DNA of 64,000 nt from Candidatus Latescibacterota bacterium (GTDB lineage: Bacteria; Latescibacterota; UBA2968; UBA8231). The stretch spans positions 1 through 64,000 of the forward strand of contig OZ242214.1 of assembly GCA_965206595.1 (NCBI GenBank), given 5' to 3'. Shown here piece by piece: positions 30,178 to 40,620 of the stretch. Under the pieces are notes generated by a model. That model was not told where the DNA came from, did not search any database, and saw only the letters and a list, made by a program, of their open reading frames with translations. How positions within the stretch are numbered: the stretch's first letter is position 1; each line of letters starts with the position of its first letter. The translations under genes were made by a program, and so were the position numbers.

Positions 30178-30993
30178 CTACAAATGACACACGGCACAAC
30201 CTTCGGCTAGATCTGGCGCTGGGATCTCCTCCCGCTCCGGCAGCTCGGCAATCCTGAGTAGCGGCCGTCCGTCGACCCAGGTATAGCCCCGGTCTCCGGC
30301 GCTATCCTGTTCGTACCCCATTGCTTTTTCGAAAAGATCGGGGTGCACCTCCTTGAGGTTCTGCCATTCCCCGACCTGCTGGTAGAAACAGAAGTAACAG
30401 CCGGAACGGGACCGCCAGCGGTAGTAGCCGGGCAACCCGATGCCTGATTCGGTCAGAATTCGCTTGATGTCCTCAAGGATCATCCCCGCGTCCTTGAAAG
30501 GGTACACGGGCAGGATGTTCGGCCGCTGCGAAATCACCGGTGGCTTCTTCGATTGGTACCCCTCCCTGTCCTCGTCGCCGCGGATCCCGATGTAGCTGAA
30601 CGCCTGGCTGTCGCCGACGAAGCGTTCGAACGGCTGAATCTTCAGCACCCTCGTGCACCACCTCGACCGCGGATTCGGCAGGAATCCGCCGTAGAGCTCG
30701 TTCAGATACATGTCGAAGGGATTGCGCCCGGGCTTCCTCGCGACCTTCAGGTCGTCGAGGGCATTGAGCCGCTTCACCTCCACGCCCAGGAGAGCTTCCA
30801 GCCGTTCGAGGTACTCGTAGGTTTCGGGCAACTCGCAGCCGGTATCGCAGAACACGTACTCCGCCCTGATCTCCGGGAAACTCTGGCGCATGTACAGGGC
30901 GAGCGCGGTCGAGTCTTTACCTCCTGAGATACTGACGATATGGCGGATGCTCTTGTCGGACAGGCTTTCCAACGCCTCTTGCATGCTAGCCAT
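30178..30993 (-). CDS. sspD: PAPS-reductase-family protein (SspD-like)
   Basis: PP-loop 'SGGKDS', 'DTGCELPETY', 'RWCTRVLK', 'GIRGDE', 'RSGCYFC'; operon context. Confidence 0.82.
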   Translation of the reverse strand: MASMQEALESLSDKSIRHIVSISGGKDSTALALYMRQSFPEIRAEYVFCDTGCELPETYEYLERLEALLGVEVKRLNALDDLKVARKPGRNPFDMYLNELYGGFLPNPRSRWCTRVLKIQPFERFVGDSQAFSYIGIRGDEDREGYQSKKPPVISQRPNILPVYPFKDAGMILEDIKRILTESGIGLPGYYRWRSRSGCYFCFYQQVGEWQNLKEVHPDLFEKAMGYEQDSAGDRGYTWVDGRPLLRIAELPEREEIPAPDLAEGCAVCHL

Positions 30994-33900
30994 CGAGCGA
31001 TTCCTCCGTCCTCTTTTGCCGAATTACGGACAGCCTCCTCTCAGCTTCCCCCTCGCCGACGAGATCGACGAGCCTGGCGAACAGTTCATCAATTCGGCCC
31101 TCGACGAGTTTCGACAAACCCTGAGCGGCGCTGCTGTCCTCCAACAGGCCGCTACGGTCGAGCGCCGACTCCTCGATCTGCTGCACGGTGGCCTGCAGCT
31201 CGCGCTCGAAATGCGCGATGGTGGTGTCGTCCCACCTGGCGAGCGGCTGACCGACGAGTAACGTGGCGAGGGAGTCCGCGAGCTTCTCGTCGGACCTGTA
31301 ATTCATCTGCATGATCTTCAGCATGCTCGTGGTCGTGCTCGCAGTGCCCATCTTCTCCACGAAGCTCTGGGTAAAGCAGCCCGCCCATTCCCTGGCCACG
31401 ACCTGCAGGCTCTCTCCCTGATCGCGATCCCCCAGGCGTATCGCCCGCCGGACCGCCGCACCCACCTGCTGCGCGTAGATGCGAGTGACATCCATCAGCT
31501 CCTGCTTCGCCGCCTCTATGCCTCCCAGTGCTTCACTGGTCGCACGGTCCTCGCCACCGAGGCGGGGCAGGTCCTGCAGGATGAGGCGGACGGGGTCCCC
31601 CCCCTTGCGGATGAGTTGCTGCAGCTTCTGGCCGGCGGGGGTCAGCTGACGGGTGGTCAGGGCGGCTGCCGGCAGCTGTACCTTCCATGCCTCCAGGGCG
31701 TCGTGGCAGAGCCGGACCAGGTCGGCCTCCGGGGCTTCGTACTCCGGACCCGCAGGGAAGATGCGATGCAGGCCGCGCAGGTATTTTTCGCTCTCGTCAT
31801 CCAACTCCAAGACACTGACACGGAAACGGTCCGGCTCTCGGCACAGGCTCTCGATAACGGAAGGCAGGATGTCGGCCACGTAGGCCCCGTCCTTCATCAG
31901 GGCCAGGGCGCTCGGGAACGCCTTGAGCCCGGAGGCAAGCAGGATCGGCAGCAAACCTTCCCGCACTCCATGGGGCGGCTCCATCAACTTGTGCAGAAGC
32001 AGGCGAGGGTCCTTCGGCGTCGTGCTCGGCTCGGTGAGGAAGACCTCGACTTCCTTCCACACCTGCTTCAGGCCGGGGTCCTCGAGCTCTTCCGGATCCG
32101 CATACCGCCAGCGGCCGTTGTCCTGCCGGTAGAGCCCGGTGTGAAGCAGCACGCACCGGAACATCGACGAATCAGGGAAGTTCCCCTCGATGCCTAAGCC
32201 TTCCATGCCGGACCGTTCCAGGATCCCGAGCATCAGCTTCTTGCGGGCGTTCACCACGACCGCGGAAGGACGGTGCCTGACGATCATCTCGTTGTTGATG
32301 CGGGGGCAGTGCCCGAACACTTCCTCCATGATGTTCGACAGCGCCGTCCGCAGGCCGCGGGGGGAATCGGCTCGCCGCATCGGCTTACCCTTGTGGAACC
32401 ACCGCGGCCCATCGAAACCGGGCCAGACCAGCCGGTCCAAGAGCTGTTGCAGATGGCCTTGGGCGTCGTCGGTCATTTGCTGCAGCTCCGGACCGACGAG
32501 AGGATCGGCCCCGACAAGCTCGCTGTCGGTCTGCATCCTCAGCAGGCACCAGACCTCCAGGGCCGCCTCGCGGATCGGCAGCGGTTCCCGGGGCAACGCC
32601 ACCACGATCCTGTCGGCGTTCAGGTCCGACCGAACCGCCTGCTCGGCCTGCGAGATCTCCTCGTGGCTTTCCGCAAGGACGTACAGCACCTCTCCATCCG
32701 TGCCGGGATCGAGCCGCCTCAGGTACTGGTCCTGTCTAAGGGATTCGGGAAGGGTCGCTACGCACTCGTAGCGGCCGGCCAAGTATCTTCGGACGCAGCG
32801 CTTGGCGTTGTACTCGACGGGGCGCCAAGCGGGCGGCCTGGCTTCCTCGCTGAGGAACCCCAGGCCGTCGAACTGCTCTACCTGCCTGCGCTTCTCCTCC
32901 TCAAGCCTTCCCCGCAGGTCGACATCGGTGCCGTGCCATACCGCCACTTGGTCGCTGTGGCGGCGGTGGAGCAGCAGTTTGCGGTCGACCAGTCGCTGGA
33001 CGACATCCGCCTCCGAATCGTCACTGGCGTATCCCTTGAGCGCGAATCGCAGCAGGCCGTGGCCGGCGCGCGAGCGCTCGCCGCTCGCACCCAGACTGAG
33101 CAGACAGGCTGCCTTCAGAGCCTTCGTCTCCGCTTCGTCGGTAACCTTCGTCAACGCGCTCTCCGTCTCGAGCCACTGGCGGTAGGTGCCGCCAACCGAA
33201 GTGTCCGACCTCATCACTGGGGCGAAGTAGTCGTACAGGGCGGCCGGTCCGACCTCCCCGTCCATATCGACCGCGTAGAGGAAGCTGAACAGAGTGCGCT
33301 CGTTCTGAGCCACGCGCGCAGCCAGGCGGGGCAGCAGGTACAGCGTCACGGGTTCGAGGGGATATGCCCGGTGAAGCACCTGCTGAATCTCCAGGAGGGT
33401 GGCTTCTCCGAACAATCCATGAGTCTGGCATTCACGGGCTGCCCTGAGCGCAAGGGGCCCCGCCAGCTTCTTCCTGCCTCTGCGCGAAGCCACTACCTCA
33501 GAGACGAGCCGGTAGATCTCCTTGCTCTCATCGACGTACTGCAGGGTGCGGAAGCGGCCTTCGATCTTGGTCCACTCCGAACGGACCGACTGCGTCATGT
33601 TCCCCGCGTACTGGAGCAGGCTCTGATGGAGGAACAGGCCCATCGTCGCCGGCACCCCCCTGGGGCGGCTGACGAACTCCGCCAGCACCTGGATTTCCCC
33701 CAGTGCGGAAGTCCGCCCTTCGTTGAGGAGGGATTCGAGGTGCCTCCCGAACTCGTCCCACAGCAGGACGACCTGGTCGCACCCACACTCCCCCGCTTTT
33801 TTCTGCAAAGCGGCAAGCACGTCCTCCAACGCGCCCGGCCCCTCAGTATTCAGCCCCTCGATGGGCTTGGCTTGGCGCCCAAGTTTCAACCGCTTCATGC

Positions 33901-34324
33901 TCAGAACCGCGGCATCCCGCAGCGCCTCGGCGACGTTTGGGCGGTACCCGTGGAGAGCCACAACGACTCCCCGCTGTTTCCGGTTCCTCCCCCTTCTTTT
34001 CACGGAACGCGCCAGTTCCGGACTGACCGCTTCGAGACGGTCCGCTATCTGCCCCAGGGAACCGGCGACCTCCGGCCTGTTCTCAATCACCTGCAGGGCG
34101 TAGGTCGCCGTCAGTGACTTCCCGCTTCCATATGGAGCCACGACGAAATAGGTGCGCTCCTCCTCTTCGCCGATGAGAGCCTTGAGCAGGGGCACCGTCT
34201 TGGCAGTGGGCCGGAAGTGGGCGATCCGCTCCGGCTCGTCGGCGTCGTAGACGATGTTAATCGACCGCAGAAATGCGTCCTGCGAGGCAGGCTCGTTCGA
34301 CACGGTTTTCCTTCTACGCTGCAT
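30986..34324 (-). CDS. sspC: Large P-loop ATPase (SspC-like)
   Basis: Walker A 'APYGSGKS', Walker B 'LLWDEFG', 'AQNERTLFSFL'; lies between DUF4007 and PAPS reductase genes. Confidence 0.8.
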   Translation of the reverse strand: MQRRRKTVSNEPASQDAFLRSINIVYDADEPERIAHFRPTAKTVPLLKALIGEEEERTYFVVAPYGSGKSLTATYALQVIENRPEVAGSLGQIADRLEAVSPELARSVKRRGRNRKQRGVVVALHGYRPNVAEALRDAAVLSMKRLKLGRQAKPIEGLNTEGPGALEDVLAALQKKAGECGCDQVVLLWDEFGRHLESLLNEGRTSALGEIQVLAEFVSRPRGVPATMGLFLHQSLLQYAGNMTQSVRSEWTKIEGRFRTLQYVDESKEIYRLVSEVVASRRGRKKLAGPLALRAARECQTHGLFGEATLLEIQQVLHRAYPLEPVTLYLLPRLAARVAQNERTLFSFLYAVDMDGEVGPAALYDYFAPVMRSDTSVGGTYRQWLETESALTKVTDEAETKALKAACLLSLGASGERSRAGHGLLRFALKGYASDDSEADVVQRLVDRKLLLHRRHSDQVAVWHGTDVDLRGRLEEEKRRQVEQFDGLGFLSEEARPPAWRPVEYNAKRCVRRYLAGRYECVATLPESLRQDQYLRRLDPGTDGEVLYVLAESHEEISQAEQAVRSDLNADRIVVALPREPLPIREAALEVWCLLRMQTDSELVGADPLVGPELQQMTDDAQGHLQQLLDRLVWPGFDGPRWFHKGKPMRRADSPRGLRTALSNIMEEVFGHCPRINNEMIVRHRPSAVVVNARKKLMLGILERSGMEGLGIEGNFPDSSMFRCVLLHTGLYRQDNGRWRYADPEELEDPGLKQVWKEVEVFLTEPSTTPKDPRLLLHKLMEPPHGVREGLLPILLASGLKAFPSALALMKDGAYVADILPSVIESLCREPDRFRVSVLELDDESEKYLRGLHRIFPAGPEYEAPEADLVRLCHDALEAWKVQLPAAALTTRQLTPAGQKLQQLIRKGGDPVRLILQDLPRLGGEDRATSEALGGIEAAKQELMDVTRIYAQQVGAAVRRAIRLGDRDQGESLQVVAREWAGCFTQSFVEKMGTASTTTSMLKIMQMNYRSDEKLADSLATLLVGQPLARWDDTTIAHFERELQATVQQIEESALDRSGLLEDSSAAQGLSKLVEGRIDELFARLVDLVGEGEAERRLSVIRQKRTEESLDG

Positions 34325-34595
34325 GGAGACCCTTCAAATCCCGCATGAGCCCGCCGCTCGACGGCGAATCATCGCTGCCCGGGGCGCCCTTTCGATGCCG
34401 CCTTCCCGAGACTTGCTCGCACAGGCCGGCCGCCTGAAGCCAATACCGGATCGACTTGGCCATGTTGCGGCCCACCCCGAGCCAGTCGGCAACGTGCTCG
34501 TCGACGAGCTTCTCGGGCTCTTCGACGACGAGCTTCAACCCTTTGTGCAGCCACCCCTCCCGAACGGGGAAGGTCTCGTGTCCGCCGAACCTCAT
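34314..34595 (-). pseudogene. sspB: DUF4007 (SspB-like) protein truncated to 93 aa
   Basis: 'FGGHETFPVREGWLHKG...LGVGRNMAKSIRYWL' is the DUF4007 N-terminus; ATG overlaps sspA stop; rest of the domain absent. Confidence 0.82.
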
Positions 34596-35776
34596 TCCGC
34601 CACCTCCGAAAGCTCCATGCGGCTTGTGTCTCTCCAGTCCGAAAACGCCCTGATCCGGGCGGCTACGTCCGCTACGGCCTCGGCGGCAGCGGCAACCTCC
34701 TCCTCGCTGTTCAGCACCGACATGCTGAAGCGGACACTTGCGTACGCCTGCTCTTCCGACAGTCCCATGGCCCGCAGCACGTGCGACGGCTCCGGCCGGT
34801 GGTTGGTGCAGGCCGAGCTCTGCGAGCACCGGATCCCGCGCTGGTCCAACCGGGCTACCAGGGCCTGTCCGTCCACCCCGTCGAAGAGCAGGTTCGTCGT
34901 GTTGCACACTCGGGTGGCGCGCCCCCCGTTCACGGACACGCCGGCGCACCGGTCCATGACCTCGCTCTCGAACAGATCGCGCAGCCTGCCGAGCTTGGTG
35001 ATTGTTTCGGGGTGAGAGCCTGCGCGTATTCCGGCAGCACACCCCATGCCGGCGATCCCCGGCACGTTCTCGGTGCCCGCCCGCAGGCCCGACTCCTGGT
35101 CGCCGCCGTCGAGAAGTCCCCTGAGCCCGGCGCTGCCGCGCAGGTACAGAGCCCCTGTGCCGGGTGGACCGTGGAACTTGTGCCCGGCAATCGACGCGAA
35201 GTCGACCGGGAGTTTCCGCAGATTCACCGGCAGCTTGCCGACTGCCTGGGCCGCGTCCGTGTGGAACGGCACCCCGGCTTCCGAGCAGATCCGCCCGAAC
35301 TCCGCGACCGGTTGGACGACCCCGGTCTCGCTGTTCACCCATTGAATAGATATCAGGGCGGTTTCCCCGACGATCGCTTCCCGCAGGTCGTCCGGATCGA
35401 CGGTCCCGCTTCTGTCGACGGGGAGCAGCACGACTTCCGAACCTTCACGCTCAACCCGTTCGAGAGCGGCGAGGACGGATGAGTGTTCGGCTGCGGTCGA
35501 AACGATCCTTTTCCCCGGCCCGGAGAAACTGCGGATGACGGTGTTGTTCGCCTCGGTGGCGCCGCTGGTGAAGATGATGGAGTCGGGCTCGCATCCGATA
35601 AGAGAGGCCAGCGACGACCTGGCGTTGCGCAGCTGCTCGCGCGCACGGTCGCCGGCTGCATGGCTGCTGGAGGGATTGCCGAACGCCCCGCCCATCGCCT
35701 TCAACACGGCGGCGCGAACCTCGGGCAGCGGCTGAGTCGTGGCGTTGTTGTCGAGATAGATCTCGGAGGGCTCCAT
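34592..35776 (-). CDS. sspA: Cysteine desulfurase (SspA/IscS-like)
   Basis: 'YLDNNATT', 'FTSGATEANN', 'HTDAAQ', 'GHKFHGP', 'SSACT'. Confidence 0.9.
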   Translation of the reverse strand: MEPSEIYLDNNATTQPLPEVRAAVLKAMGGAFGNPSSSHAAGDRAREQLRNARSSLASLIGCEPDSIIFTSGATEANNTVIRSFSGPGKRIVSTAAEHSSVLAALERVEREGSEVVLLPVDRSGTVDPDDLREAIVGETALISIQWVNSETGVVQPVAEFGRICSEAGVPFHTDAAQAVGKLPVNLRKLPVDFASIAGHKFHGPPGTGALYLRGSAGLRGLLDGGDQESGLRAGTENVPGIAGMGCAAGIRAGSHPETITKLGRLRDLFESEVMDRCAGVSVNGGRATRVCNTTNLLFDGVDGQALVARLDQRGIRCSQSSACTNHRPEPSHVLRAMGLSEEQAYASVRFSMSVLNSEEEVAAAAEAVADVAARIRAFSDWRDTSRMELSEVAE

Positions 35777-36209
35777 GCTCAGGGACTGGAGATTTGCAGA
35801 TGAGAGATGGGTGTTGCGGATCGGAAAGCGAGGCAAGGTCCGTCTGGTCTCAGGTGCGAACAAAAACGAGGCCAGGTTTCGTGGAGTGTCGAACAGTCCA
35901 AGCCGGGGACCCTGGGAGATTTCAAGAGGTTTTTCAAGCCCTGATCTGTGTCCTAACCTATCCCGAATGTTGGGGGATGGTCAAGCGAATTCCCAAGATG
36001 TTGGGGTTCCTGCCGAAAGAGCACCAAGGGCGTAGCCGGTTCCGTTCGATCGTGGATCTGTTCCCTTACGGTCGCAGTAACGGCGGCTATTTGATACAGC
36101 TAATATACTGAACAAAAGTGCACATTGGCAAGGTTTGGAGCCTGACAAGGAGCCTGACAATAGATGAGATTTTCTCGGGGCAACCGGTCCATTCCAGTCC
36201 GCGACTCCT

Positions 36210-36300
36210 CGGTACAGGGTGAAGACGAAGTACGGGTTAACCGTGGATCGGGCGGAGATGGAGGCCCTGGCGTCGGTGCTGGCGGAGTTGGAAACCGTGA
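36210..36300 (+). pseudogene. C-terminal remnant of a DUF1524/HNH-like nuclease
   Basis: Hand translation 'YRVKTKYGLTVDRAEMEALASVL'; no start. Confidence 0.35.
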
Positions 36301-36357
36301 TTCGGATGCAGTCCTTCGGATCACTGAAGCGCAGCCGATTCGAACTGAGGATTAACC

Positions 36358-37164
36358 CTATTCCGTTTCTGACAGGGCTTTGACGGCGCCCCATGTCTGC
36401 TGGCGAACGGCGGTGTCACCTGGGCTCAGCAGCAGGGCCCTGACGGTAGAAGCATCCTCCTCAGGCGCCAGATAGAATCCTGTGTGTTGTACGTCATCAG
36501 CGTCCCAGTCTCTCACTTGCAGGACGAGGTCGATTTCGTCTCCGGCGGCCAAGTCCGTGATGACGTTTCCGTCTTTGTGCTCATTTTTCGGCAGCACATC
36601 AAAACACGAGATAAAGAACTCAATCCCCCAGGTGGTAGGCGTCTGCTCTGTCCGGATCGCATGGCCAAACGGGTCCCTCACGCTCCACACTGGAGAGCCG
36701 CCTAAGTACGGGAACGGCATCATGATGTTCCCGGCTGGCCGGATGGCGTAGTAGGTACGGCTTTCGTGGATGGCCGGTGTCGCCGCAATGACCAGACCGT
36801 CCGCTTTGTAGAAAAGCGGTCTGCCTTCGTCCCGGATGACATCGTCCGTAAAGGTCGCCGCCACGAAGATGCGCCCTGGCGTACTCCACCCGAGCCAGAT
36901 GCGGAAATCCAGATTCTCAGGATCGTACTCAGAGTAGAGGGGTACGTGATCCACAAATGTGTTCGGATTACCAAAAACTCCCTGTTTAGGTCGCCAAATG
37001 AGGAAATCTGACGCCGTCAGCAAGGGCGGACCCAGAATCTCAGACCAGTCGTCCAACTGACCATCCAGCTGAATCTGGTCCTCCGAGACGTACGGTATGG
37101 GAACCACGCCGTAGGCCGGAATGACCAGCGTCAGGGCCGCGAACAACGTGAGGCAGTAGCGCAT
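36358..37164 (-). CDS. Secreted protein, CBM9-like N-terminus, TWGxVK tail
   Basis: Signal peptide; 'IQLDGQLDDW'; C-term 'TAVRQQTWGAVKAL'. Confidence 0.65.
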   Translation of the reverse strand: MRYCLTLFAALTLVIPAYGVVPIPYVSEDQIQLDGQLDDWSEILGPPLLTASDFLIWRPKQGVFGNPNTFVDHVPLYSEYDPENLDFRIWLGWSTPGRIFVAATFTDDVIRDEGRPLFYKADGLVIAATPAIHESRTYYAIRPAGNIMMPFPYLGGSPVWSVRDPFGHAIRTEQTPTTWGIEFFISCFDVLPKNEHKDGNVITDLAAGDEIDLVLQVRDWDADDVQHTGFYLAPEEDASTVRALLLSPGDTAVRQQTWGAVKALSETE

Positions 37165-37374
37165 GGGGCTATGAGGGAGTAGGGCGGGAAGGTAAGGGTC
37201 CCGCCTGCTGGTTGGTACGTGCTCAGGAGAAGAAAACAACTTGACGACCGTGTCGTACCGTGGGTCTTCCGCTTGGCCAACACCGCCTCAGCCCTCCCGT
37301 GGCCCCCCATAATGACGAAGCAACATGACACACGCAATGCACGGGTTTTCGTAGCCTCGGCCTCCGGTCCCCGC

Positions 37375-37836
37375 TCAGTCGGCGGTGTACTTCGTCATCA
37401 CCTCCCAGATCTCGTCGGTGACGTCGTTCAGGCAGTAGTAGGTGAAACGCGTCAGGCCGGCGTCGACCATCGCCCGGAAGAGGAAGTCGAGCTCCTCGGC
37501 CGTCATCCAGGGACTGCCTCCGTGCTCGAGCCCGACGAACGGGGAGATCCGCTCCGGGTCGCCGATGCGGAACAGCATCTTGCGCGACTCGCGGTAGACG
37601 ATCTTCTCGAAGAAGCTCCAGGGAGCCGGGCGGTCGAAGTCGGCGATGCGGTAGTCGCGCGGAATCTCGACCCCGAGGAGGCGGCCGATCAGCGCCTCGA
37701 TCCTGTCGTCGCCGAGGCCAGGGTTCCACTCCCGCAGGGTGTTCCGGTAGCGCTCCAGGGTCCCGCGAAAGCCGTCGCGGCCTCCGGTCCAGAGGTAGTG
37801 CTTGGTCTGGTTGTAATCGCAGAACTGGTTGAGGCG
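37375..37836 (-). pseudogene. 3' fragment of a hypothetical gene, 5' end lost at the integrase boundary
   Basis: Frame continues upstream of ORF 37375-37578 ('LRLNQFCDYNQTKHYLW...') and breaks at an abrupt GC drop near 37845. Confidence 0.55.
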
Positions 37837-38036
37837 GAGTCCGCCATCTCAGTGTTTCCCACTGTCCCATTATTTTCCGTATTGCCCCATGTAACAAGCT
37901 CCCTTGCAGTAAGTTACCGACAATCAATCGTTTCTTGACGTTTCCTAAAGGTTCCTTTAGGTTCTCCTCCATAGTGATAATTTGGTGATACCATTAGAAA
38001 TATTTCAGTGGTGATATCAAGGAGGAAAATCGAACC

Positions 38037-39209
38037 TTGCAACGTCCAACAATGCTCTCGGCAACCTTCGTGCGATCAGTTAGCCAGCCGGGCCGATACG
38101 GCGACGGCCGTGGAGGGTTTGGGCTCTCGCTGCTGGTGAAGTTGAGGGAAAACGGGAGGCTGTCGAAGACGTGGAGCCAGCGGCTTCGGATCGACGGAAA
38201 AGTAACCAACGTCGGCTTGGGTTCCTGGCCTGTCACGACGCTCAAAGAGGCTCGGGAGAAGGCGTTGGAGAATCGTCGGGAAGTTGAGCATGGGGGTGAT
38301 CCCCGCGAACGCATCGCCCGCGTTCCGACGTTCGCGGAAGCCATCGAAAAGGTGATTGCGATCCATGAACCGTCATGGAAGGACGGAGCCCGATCTGGCG
38401 AAATCTGGCGGTCGTCTCTGCGCGACTACGCGATGCCGCGGCTCGGAGGAAAGCCAGTGGACAAGATCACGACGGCCGACGTGCTGGCCGTGTTGGTGCC
38501 GATCTGGAGCACGAAGCGGGAGACGGCGCGACGTGTTCGCCAGCGGATCGGCGCGATTTTGAAATGGGCGGTCGCGCAGGGATACCGCGACGACAACCCG
38601 GCCGGCGAGGCCATCGGCGAGGCACTGCCGAAAACCGGCTCTCCGAAACAGCACCAACGGGCGTTACCGCACGCCGAAGTAGGGACGGCGGTGCGCAAGG
38701 TGCGGGGGTCGAAGGCGTGGTGGGCGACGAAAGCAGCCTTCGAGTTTCTGACGCTGACGGCGGCGCGCTCGGGTGAAGTCCGGGGGGCGCGGTGGGAGGA
38801 GATCGACTTCGAGACGGCGACCTGGACGGTGCCGGGGGAGCGCATGAAGGCGGGCCGACCGCATCGGGTGCCGCTGCCCCGCCGAGCCCTCGAGGTGCTG
38901 GCCGAGGCGCGTGAGCTGGCTGACGGCTCCGGGCTGGTGTTCCCGAGCAGTGTGCGCGGCAAGATGCTATCGGACATGACCCTCTCCAAGCTCGTCAAGC
39001 AACTCGGCATCGAGGCGGTGCCGCATGGGTTCCGAAGCAGCTTCCGCGATTGGGCCGCGGAGTGCTCGACCGCGCCGAGGGAGGTCCGCGAGCTAGCATT
39101 GGCACACGTCAACAATGATCGGACGGAAACGGCGTATCGGAGGAGCGATTTGTTCGAGCTGCGGCGGAAACTGATGGAAGATTGGGGAGCTTACTTGGGC
39201 CGAAGGTAG
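38037..39209 (+). CDS. P4-like tyrosine integrase with arm-binding domain
   Basis: 'YGDGRGGFGL', 'GLGSWP...TLKEARE'; catalytic R (ARSGE), HGFR, LAH, AY. Confidence 0.92.
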   Translation: MQRPTMLSATFVRSVSQPGRYGDGRGGFGLSLLVKLRENGRLSKTWSQRLRIDGKVTNVGLGSWPVTTLKEAREKALENRREVEHGGDPRERIARVPTFAEAIEKVIAIHEPSWKDGARSGEIWRSSLRDYAMPRLGGKPVDKITTADVLAVLVPIWSTKRETARRVRQRIGAILKWAVAQGYRDDNPAGEAIGEALPKTGSPKQHQRALPHAEVGTAVRKVRGSKAWWATKAAFEFLTLTAARSGEVRGARWEEIDFETATWTVPGERMKAGRPHRVPLPRRALEVLAEARELADGSGLVFPSSVRGKMLSDMTLSKLVKQLGIEAVPHGFRSSFRDWAAECSTAPREVRELALAHVNNDRTETAYRRSDLFELRRKLMEDWGAYLGRR

Positions 39210-39225
39210 TGATCTATTGGTAGAA

Positions 39226-40605
39226 CTGGACTTTTGCAAACTCCGCTTTTTTACTAAAGTTTCAGGTGTGCGACAATTCGCTGCTCTGTCCACCCTATTG
39301 TGGTTTGGTCCACTACCCAGGTGATGGTTTTGCTGAGCGTTTCTCGCGACACGGCTCGACAGGCTTCGCCAATGGTCGTCAGCACGGTGTGAGCCCAGTC
39401 ACGCGCACGGCCCTGCCGCATCCGTGCCCTGAGCAGACTGTGCGTCAGCATCACGAGGTACCTATGCCGGGTCTGGCCCTCGCCGCTTTTGTAACTGACC
39501 GTCTCCCATGCCCAGATGGTGCTTGCCGTCCCGATGAAAAGTCTCGGTGCCCGTCCAGCGTTTGCGATAAACATTCAGAATACGACTGATCTCCCAGTGC
39601 ACGCGATTGGTCAGTAGAAACTTGACCGCTTCCCTGCCGTTCTTGCGATCCCACAGGATCACCAGGCGAACCCGGTGCTTTAGCTTGGGCAGACTCAGGG
39701 TTTTGGTGAAATACCATTGTTTGCGCTTGCCGATGCTGACCTGTTTGCGATCCTCGGGCGGGATATTCGCAGCCACTTCGGCGGCCTTCATCAGGCCGCC
39801 CTTGAACTCGACCTTGCGGTTGCTCTTCAGGGCTCCTACGTAGCCGCGCTCATGACTATGGATGTGATCGAGACACTCGACACTGCTGAAGTAGCAGTCG
39901 AAGGCGAAATCACCCGGGATCTGGCGGAAAACGACCCCGTCCACCAGCTCTTTGAACAGCTCGGTATGGCTCTTGAAGGAGGTGTCCGTCTCCCCTTCCC
40001 GGCGCTTGCGAAAACGACGGAATTCCATCGGATAGTATTTCCCCGAGGTGCACACGTAGTTGGCGATGACGTAATCGTGCGCAATCCTATGGCGCTGGTC
40101 GGAGTGATCCCAAAACCAACCCACGTCCTCGATCTTGTCTCCGCTGTGGCCGACCAAGGTGTTGTCGATGGCGATCACCCCGCGCCCCGAATAGCGCGTC
40201 GAGGGACGCTCCTGCAACCATTCCAGGCGGTGTTCGTTGAGCCATTTCCCGTGCCCATCGCACCTGCGTAATCCAGCGGTTCAGGCAGGACTGATCGGTG
40301 GTCTCGACGAACTCGGCGTTGATCGCCGATACATGTTTGCGTTCGGCCACCATCAACCCGGTCAGATACTCGCCAAAGTGACGGCGCTCCGGGGCGTTGG
40401 CGAAGAGGCCGCCGAACTCTGCCACCGCGTCTTCAACCACCGTGGGAAAATCAACAATACCTGGCATGAACAACCTCTCACATGGCCAGGGGAAACGAAG
40501 GCGGGGGATGCCTTCGTCCTACCAAAAATACCGAGTTCCATCGAATTCGCGCTACCCTCTATCCTTGCCGATTATTCAGGAATTCTGCCTTTTGCAAAAG
40601 TCCAG
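39226..40605 (-). mobile_element. IS701-family IS, transposase frameshifted into 3 ORFs
   Basis: Perfect 15-bp IRs CTGGACTTTTGCAAA at 39226-39240 and 40591-40605; 'YLTGLM', 'VIAIDNT', 'FDCYF', 'ETFHRDGKHHLGMGD'. Confidence 0.85.
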
Positions 40606-40620
40606 ATGTACCATTGGTGT

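Noticed and set aside
30178-35776. Fe-S assembly, sulfate assimilation, Dnd or BREX interpretation
   Set aside because: DUF4007 plus the A-B-C-D order fits Ssp; no dndB/dndE, pglX/pglZ, iscU or cys genes
38037-39209. Integrase as the IntI of the cassette array
   Set aside because: It has an N-terminal arm-binding domain and P4-type motifs, shows no IntI-like features, and is 32 kb away
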